Part shown: piece by piece, positions 31,531 to 35,581 of the stretch
How the letters are laid out: each line of letters begins with the position of its first letter
Numbering within the stretch: position 1 is the first letter of the stretch
Assembly (NCBI RefSeq): GCF_004010195.1
Contig: NC_057719.1
Coordinates: 25,533,217 to 25,568,797 of the forward strand
Reading direction: 5' to 3'
Origin: Chiloscyllium plagiosum
Lineage: Eukaryota
Length of the DNA stretch: 35,581 nucleotides
Program-made: the position numbers and the translations under genes
Notes under the pieces: generated by a model
What the model was told of the DNA's origin: nothing
The model's database searches: none
The model's input: the letters and a program-made list of their open reading frames with translations, nothing else

Positions 31531-31539
31531 TTCCCAGCG

Positions 31540-32072
31540 GTCTAGTTGTGGTCAGGTTACTAGAATCTGTTGTGCATAGTGTTACTGAGTACTCGAGCCA
31601 ACAACAGCTGATCAGGAGACAGCCAGCATCATTAGTTAATGGATTTAATAATTTTGAGGAAGTAACACATTAGGTTCGGGAGCATCTACGGCTGGTATTA
31701 ATGGATTTTCAAAAGACATATGACATGGTTCTGCTTAAGTCACTGTTAGGAAAACAAGAGTGCATACGATAGGGGGTAAGCTACTGGCTTGGATTGGGAA
31801 TTAGTTCAGGGGATAGAGACAGAGAGTAGGGATAAATATCATACACCATTATTGGCTAGTAATGACTCAAAAATCTAAACTAGAGCAGACCTTTTCAATA
31901 TGTTTTTAAACAGTTTGGGTGAATGAATGAATTTATGTCTGTGATGAATTTATGTCTGTAATTACAGTTGACATAGTTGAGTGAATATGAAGTTTAAGGA
32001 ATGATATATTTGAGATGAGTAAGATGATTAAAGGATTTGATTTTGGAGATAAATAGAAGCTGTTTTCTTTAG
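31540..32072 (+). mobile_element. Highly decayed CR1 RT fragments
   Basis: VVRLLESVV...QLIRRQ, FEEVT, MDFQKTYDMV, KMIKGFD. Confidence 0.6.
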
Positions 32073-32384
32073 TCCCGACAGCACCAGTGCTCTGTGGTTA
32101 GCCTTGCCAGGACTATAGGTAGGTCCATGAAGGATACCCTGTGGAATTCAGACTGAGATACGCCACAGGGCTGTGGACATGTGGGGTTTTTTGCGGTTGA
32201 GGTGTGAGATGAGCAGGATGGGGCTTTGAAACATAGGAAGAGGAGAAAGACAAGGGCACGAGTTTCTTGAGGTGGGGAGCTACAGTGTGTACTCCTTCCT
32301 GCTATTTCAAACACCTTTTAAAATGTGGAATGCTCGCTCCCACTTGCCTGTTCATGTTACCCATTTTATTCATAATTTACATCG

Positions 32385-33066
32385 AACTGAATTAAATTGA
32401 ATTGAATTGAATTTATTGTCATGTGTACCGAGGCACAGTGAAAAGTTCTGTCTTGTGAGCAATGCAGGCAGATCACAGAGTTAAGTAGCATAGATGAGTA
32501 ATTAATAGGTAAACAGCAGCAAAAACAAAAACACAGGTACAACGAATGTTGAAAGTTTGTGAGTCCATTCAGTATTCAAACAACAGTAGGGTGGAAACAG
32601 TTTCGAAATCAGCTGGTGCATGTGTCCAGGCTTCTGTACCTTCTCCCCGATGGTAGAGGTTGTAGAAAAACATTGCCAGGGTGGGATGGATCTTTGAGAA
32701 TGCTGGTCGCCTTTCCTTGTCAGTGGGCCTGGTAGATGGATTCTATAGATGGTAGGTTGGCCTTTGTGATTGTCCGGGCCGAGTTCACCACTCTCTGTAA
32801 CCATCTCCAATCTTGAATGGTACAGTTACCATACCAGGTAGTGATGCATCCAGACAGAATGCTCTTGATGGTGCACCTATAAAAGGGTATTCGCCGTCAT
32901 GCCAAGTTTCCTCAGCTGCCTGAGGAAGAAGAGACGTTGTTGGGCCTTTGTAACCAGTGCGTCCACATGAAGAATCTAAGAAAGCGGTTGTAGATGACCA
33001 CTCCCAGGAGCTTGACAGTCTCCACTCGCTCCACCTCTGTGCTGTTAATGTGTAGGGGGGCATGAG
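32385..33066 (-). mobile_element. Rex1/Babar-like LINE 3' portion with (CAATT)n tail
   Basis: VERVETVKLLGV, SILSGCITTWYGNCT, DPSHPGNVFLQPLPSGRRYRSL. Confidence 0.85.
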
Positions 33067-33067
33067 T

Positions 33068-35581
33068 AGAACATAGAACATAGAACAGTACACACAGAAC
33101 AAGCCCTTCAGCCCACGATGTTGTGCCGACCATTGATCCTCATGTATGCACCCTCACATTTCTGTGACCATATGCATGTCCAACAGTCTCTTAAATGTCG
33201 CCAATGACCTTGCTTCCACAACTGCTGCTGGCAACGCATTCCATGCTCTCACAACTCTCTGTGTAAAGAACCCGCCTCTGACATCCCCTCTATACTTTCC
33301 TCCAACCAGCTTAAAACTATGACCCCTCATGTTAGTCATTTCTGCCCTGGGAAATAGTCTCTGGCTATCGACTCTANNNNNNNNNNNNNNNNNNNNNNNN
33401 NNNNNNNNNNNNNNNNNNNNNNNNNNNNNNNNNNNNNNNNNNNNNNNNNNNNNNNNNNNNNNNNNNNNNNNNNNNNNNNNNNNNNNNNNNNNNNNNNNNN
33501 NNNNNNNNNNNNNNNNNNNNNNNNNNNNNNNNNNNNNNNNNNNNNNNNNNNNNNNNNNNNNNNNNNNNNNNNNNNNNNNNNNNNNNNNNNNNNNNNNNNN
33601 NNNNNNNNNNNNNNNNNNNNNNNNNNNNNNNNNNNNNNNNNNNNNNNNNNNNNNNNNNNNNNNNNNNNNNNNNNNNNNNNNNNNNNNNNNNNNNNNNNNN
33701 NNNNNNNNNNNNNNNNNNNNNNNNNNNNNNNNNNNNNNNNNNNNNNNNNNNNNNNNNNNNNNNNNNNNNNNNNNNNNNNNNNNNNNNNNNNNNNNNNNNN
33801 NNNNNNNNNNNNNNNNNNNNNNNNNNNNNNNNNNNNNNNNNNNNNNNNNNNNNNNNNNNNNNNNNNNNNNNNNNNNNNNNNNNNNNNNNNNNNNNNNNNN
33901 NNNNNNNNNNNNNNNNNNNNNNNNNNNNNNNNNNNNNNNNNNNNNNNNNNNNNNNNNNNNNNNNNNNNNNNNNNNNNNNNNNNNNNNNNNNNNNNNNNNN
34001 NNNNNNNNNNNNNNNNNNNNNNNNNNNNNNNNNNNNNNNNNNNNNNNNNNNNNNNNNNNNNNNNNNNNNNNNNNNNNNNNNNNNNNNNNNNNNNNNNNNN
34101 NNNNNNNNNNNNNNNNNNNNNNNNNNNNNNNNNNNNNNNNNNNNNNNNNNNNNNNNNNNNNNNNNNNNNNNNNNNNNNNNNNNNNNNNNNNNNNNNNNNN
34201 NNNNNNNNNNNNNNNNNNNNNNNNNNNNNNNNNNNNNNNNNNNNNNNNNNNNNNNNNNNNNNNNNNNNNNNNNNNNNNNNNNNNNNNNNNNNNNNNNNNN
34301 NNNNNNNNNNNNNNNNNNNNNNNNNNNNNNNNNNNNNNNNNNTCCATTTCAGCATGCACACCTGCTCTTCAAAGGTTTCATTCACTACAAAGTTCATTTA
34401 TTTCGTAAAGACAGAAGCAAAAAATTCATTTAGGGCTTCCCCTACCTCCTCAGACTCCACATACAAATTCCCTATGCTATCCCTGATCGGCCCTGCTCTT
34501 TCTTTGACCTTTCTCTTATTCCTCACATAAGTGTAAAATGCCTTTGTGTTCTCCCTAATCCGTTCTGCCAAGCCTTTCTCGTGCCCCCTCCTGGCTCTCC
34601 TCAGCCCATTTTTGAGCTCCTTCCTCGCCTGCCTGTAATCCTCTAGAGCTGAGCTTGACCGAGCTTCCTCCAACTTATGTAAGCTACCTTCTTCCTTTTG
34701 ACGATAAGCTCCACCGCTCTCGTCATCCAAGGTTCCTTTATCCTACCCCTTCTTGCCTGTCTCAGAGGGACATATTTATTCATCACTTGCAACAACTGTT
34801 CCTTAAACAGTCTCCACATGTCTATAGTGCCTTTACCATGGAACAATTGCTCCCAGTCCATATTTCCTAACTCATGTCTAATCGCATCATAGTTTCCTCT
34901 TCCCCAATTAAATATCCTCCCATTTTGCCTAATCCTCTCCTCCATAAGTATGTAGAATGTGAGGCCGTTGTGGTCACTATCACCAAAATGCTCTCCCACC
35001 ACAAGATCTGTTACCTGCCCGAGCTCGTTTCCGAGCACCAAGTGTAGAATGGCCTCTCCCCTTGTCAGCCTGTCAACGTACTGAGTTAGGAAACCCTCCT
35101 GAACACACCTTACAAAAACAGCTCCGTTCAAATCTTCTGCTCGAAGGAGGTTTCAATCAATATTGGGAAAGATAAAGTCACCCATTACAACAACCCTACT
35201 ATGGCCAGACTTTTCCAAAATCTGCTGACCTATGCTTTCTTCCATCGCCCTGCTGCTATTGGGGAGCCTGTAGTAAACCCCTAAAGAGGTGACTGCTCCC
35301 TTGCTGTTCCTAATTTCCACCCATACTGACTCGGTAGGCAGATCTTCCTTGACAATGGAAGCTTTTGTAGCTGTGATACCCTCTCTGATTAGTAGTGCTA
35401 CACCCCTTCCTCTTTTTCCCCCCTCCCTATTCTTTTTAAATGCTCTAAACCTTGGAACATCCAGCAACCATTCCTGCCCCTGAGAAACCCATGTCTCTGT
35501 TATGGCCACAACATCATAGCACCAGGTACTGATCCACGCTCTAAGTTCATCACTTTTATTCCTGATACTCCTTGCATTAAA
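33068..35581 (-). mobile_element. Long CR1 LINE (APE endonuclease, linker, gap, 3' end) extending past the window
   Basis: AITETW...GGKRGRGVAL...GVYYR...VVVMGDF, HFGDSDHN, KAFYTYVRNK, LNEFFASVFTK. The 3' end reads RGHSFKL...FFTQRVVRAWNALP with a (TTCTATG)n tail. Confidence 0.93.

Noticed and set aside
33154..34408. ORFs of 353-401 aa
   Set aside because: Artefacts of the N gap inside a CR1 element.

Overview
Repeat-dense, mostly non-coding vertebrate DNA, almost certainly from a cartilaginous fish (HE1/V-SINE, HER1/CR1-type LINEs, shark-type tRNA SINEs), with two assembly gaps (23121-23719, 33377-34342). I find no intact protein-coding gene. Most long ORFs in the track come from a 28-bp minisatellite, N runs or decayed retroelements. 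The repeats are many CR1, L2 and Rex1-like LINE fragments, SINEs, one clear and two probable LTRs, a Gypsy pol remnant, Harbinger Myb/SANT remnants, a Tigger-like MITE, and ten Penelope-like (PLE) insertions of several families. All ten PLE insertions have 6-14 bp direct repeats at their ends, most are fold-back structures, and most carry minimal hammerhead-ribozyme motifs, two of them with an intact core. Between the repeats on the + strand is a series of exon-like segments with splice signals. They read as one large decayed multi-exon gene I cannot identify. Its protein appears to contain an internally repeated domain, and PLEs have inserted into three points of its exons. All translations and alignments were done by eye, and boundaries without a TSD are approximate.
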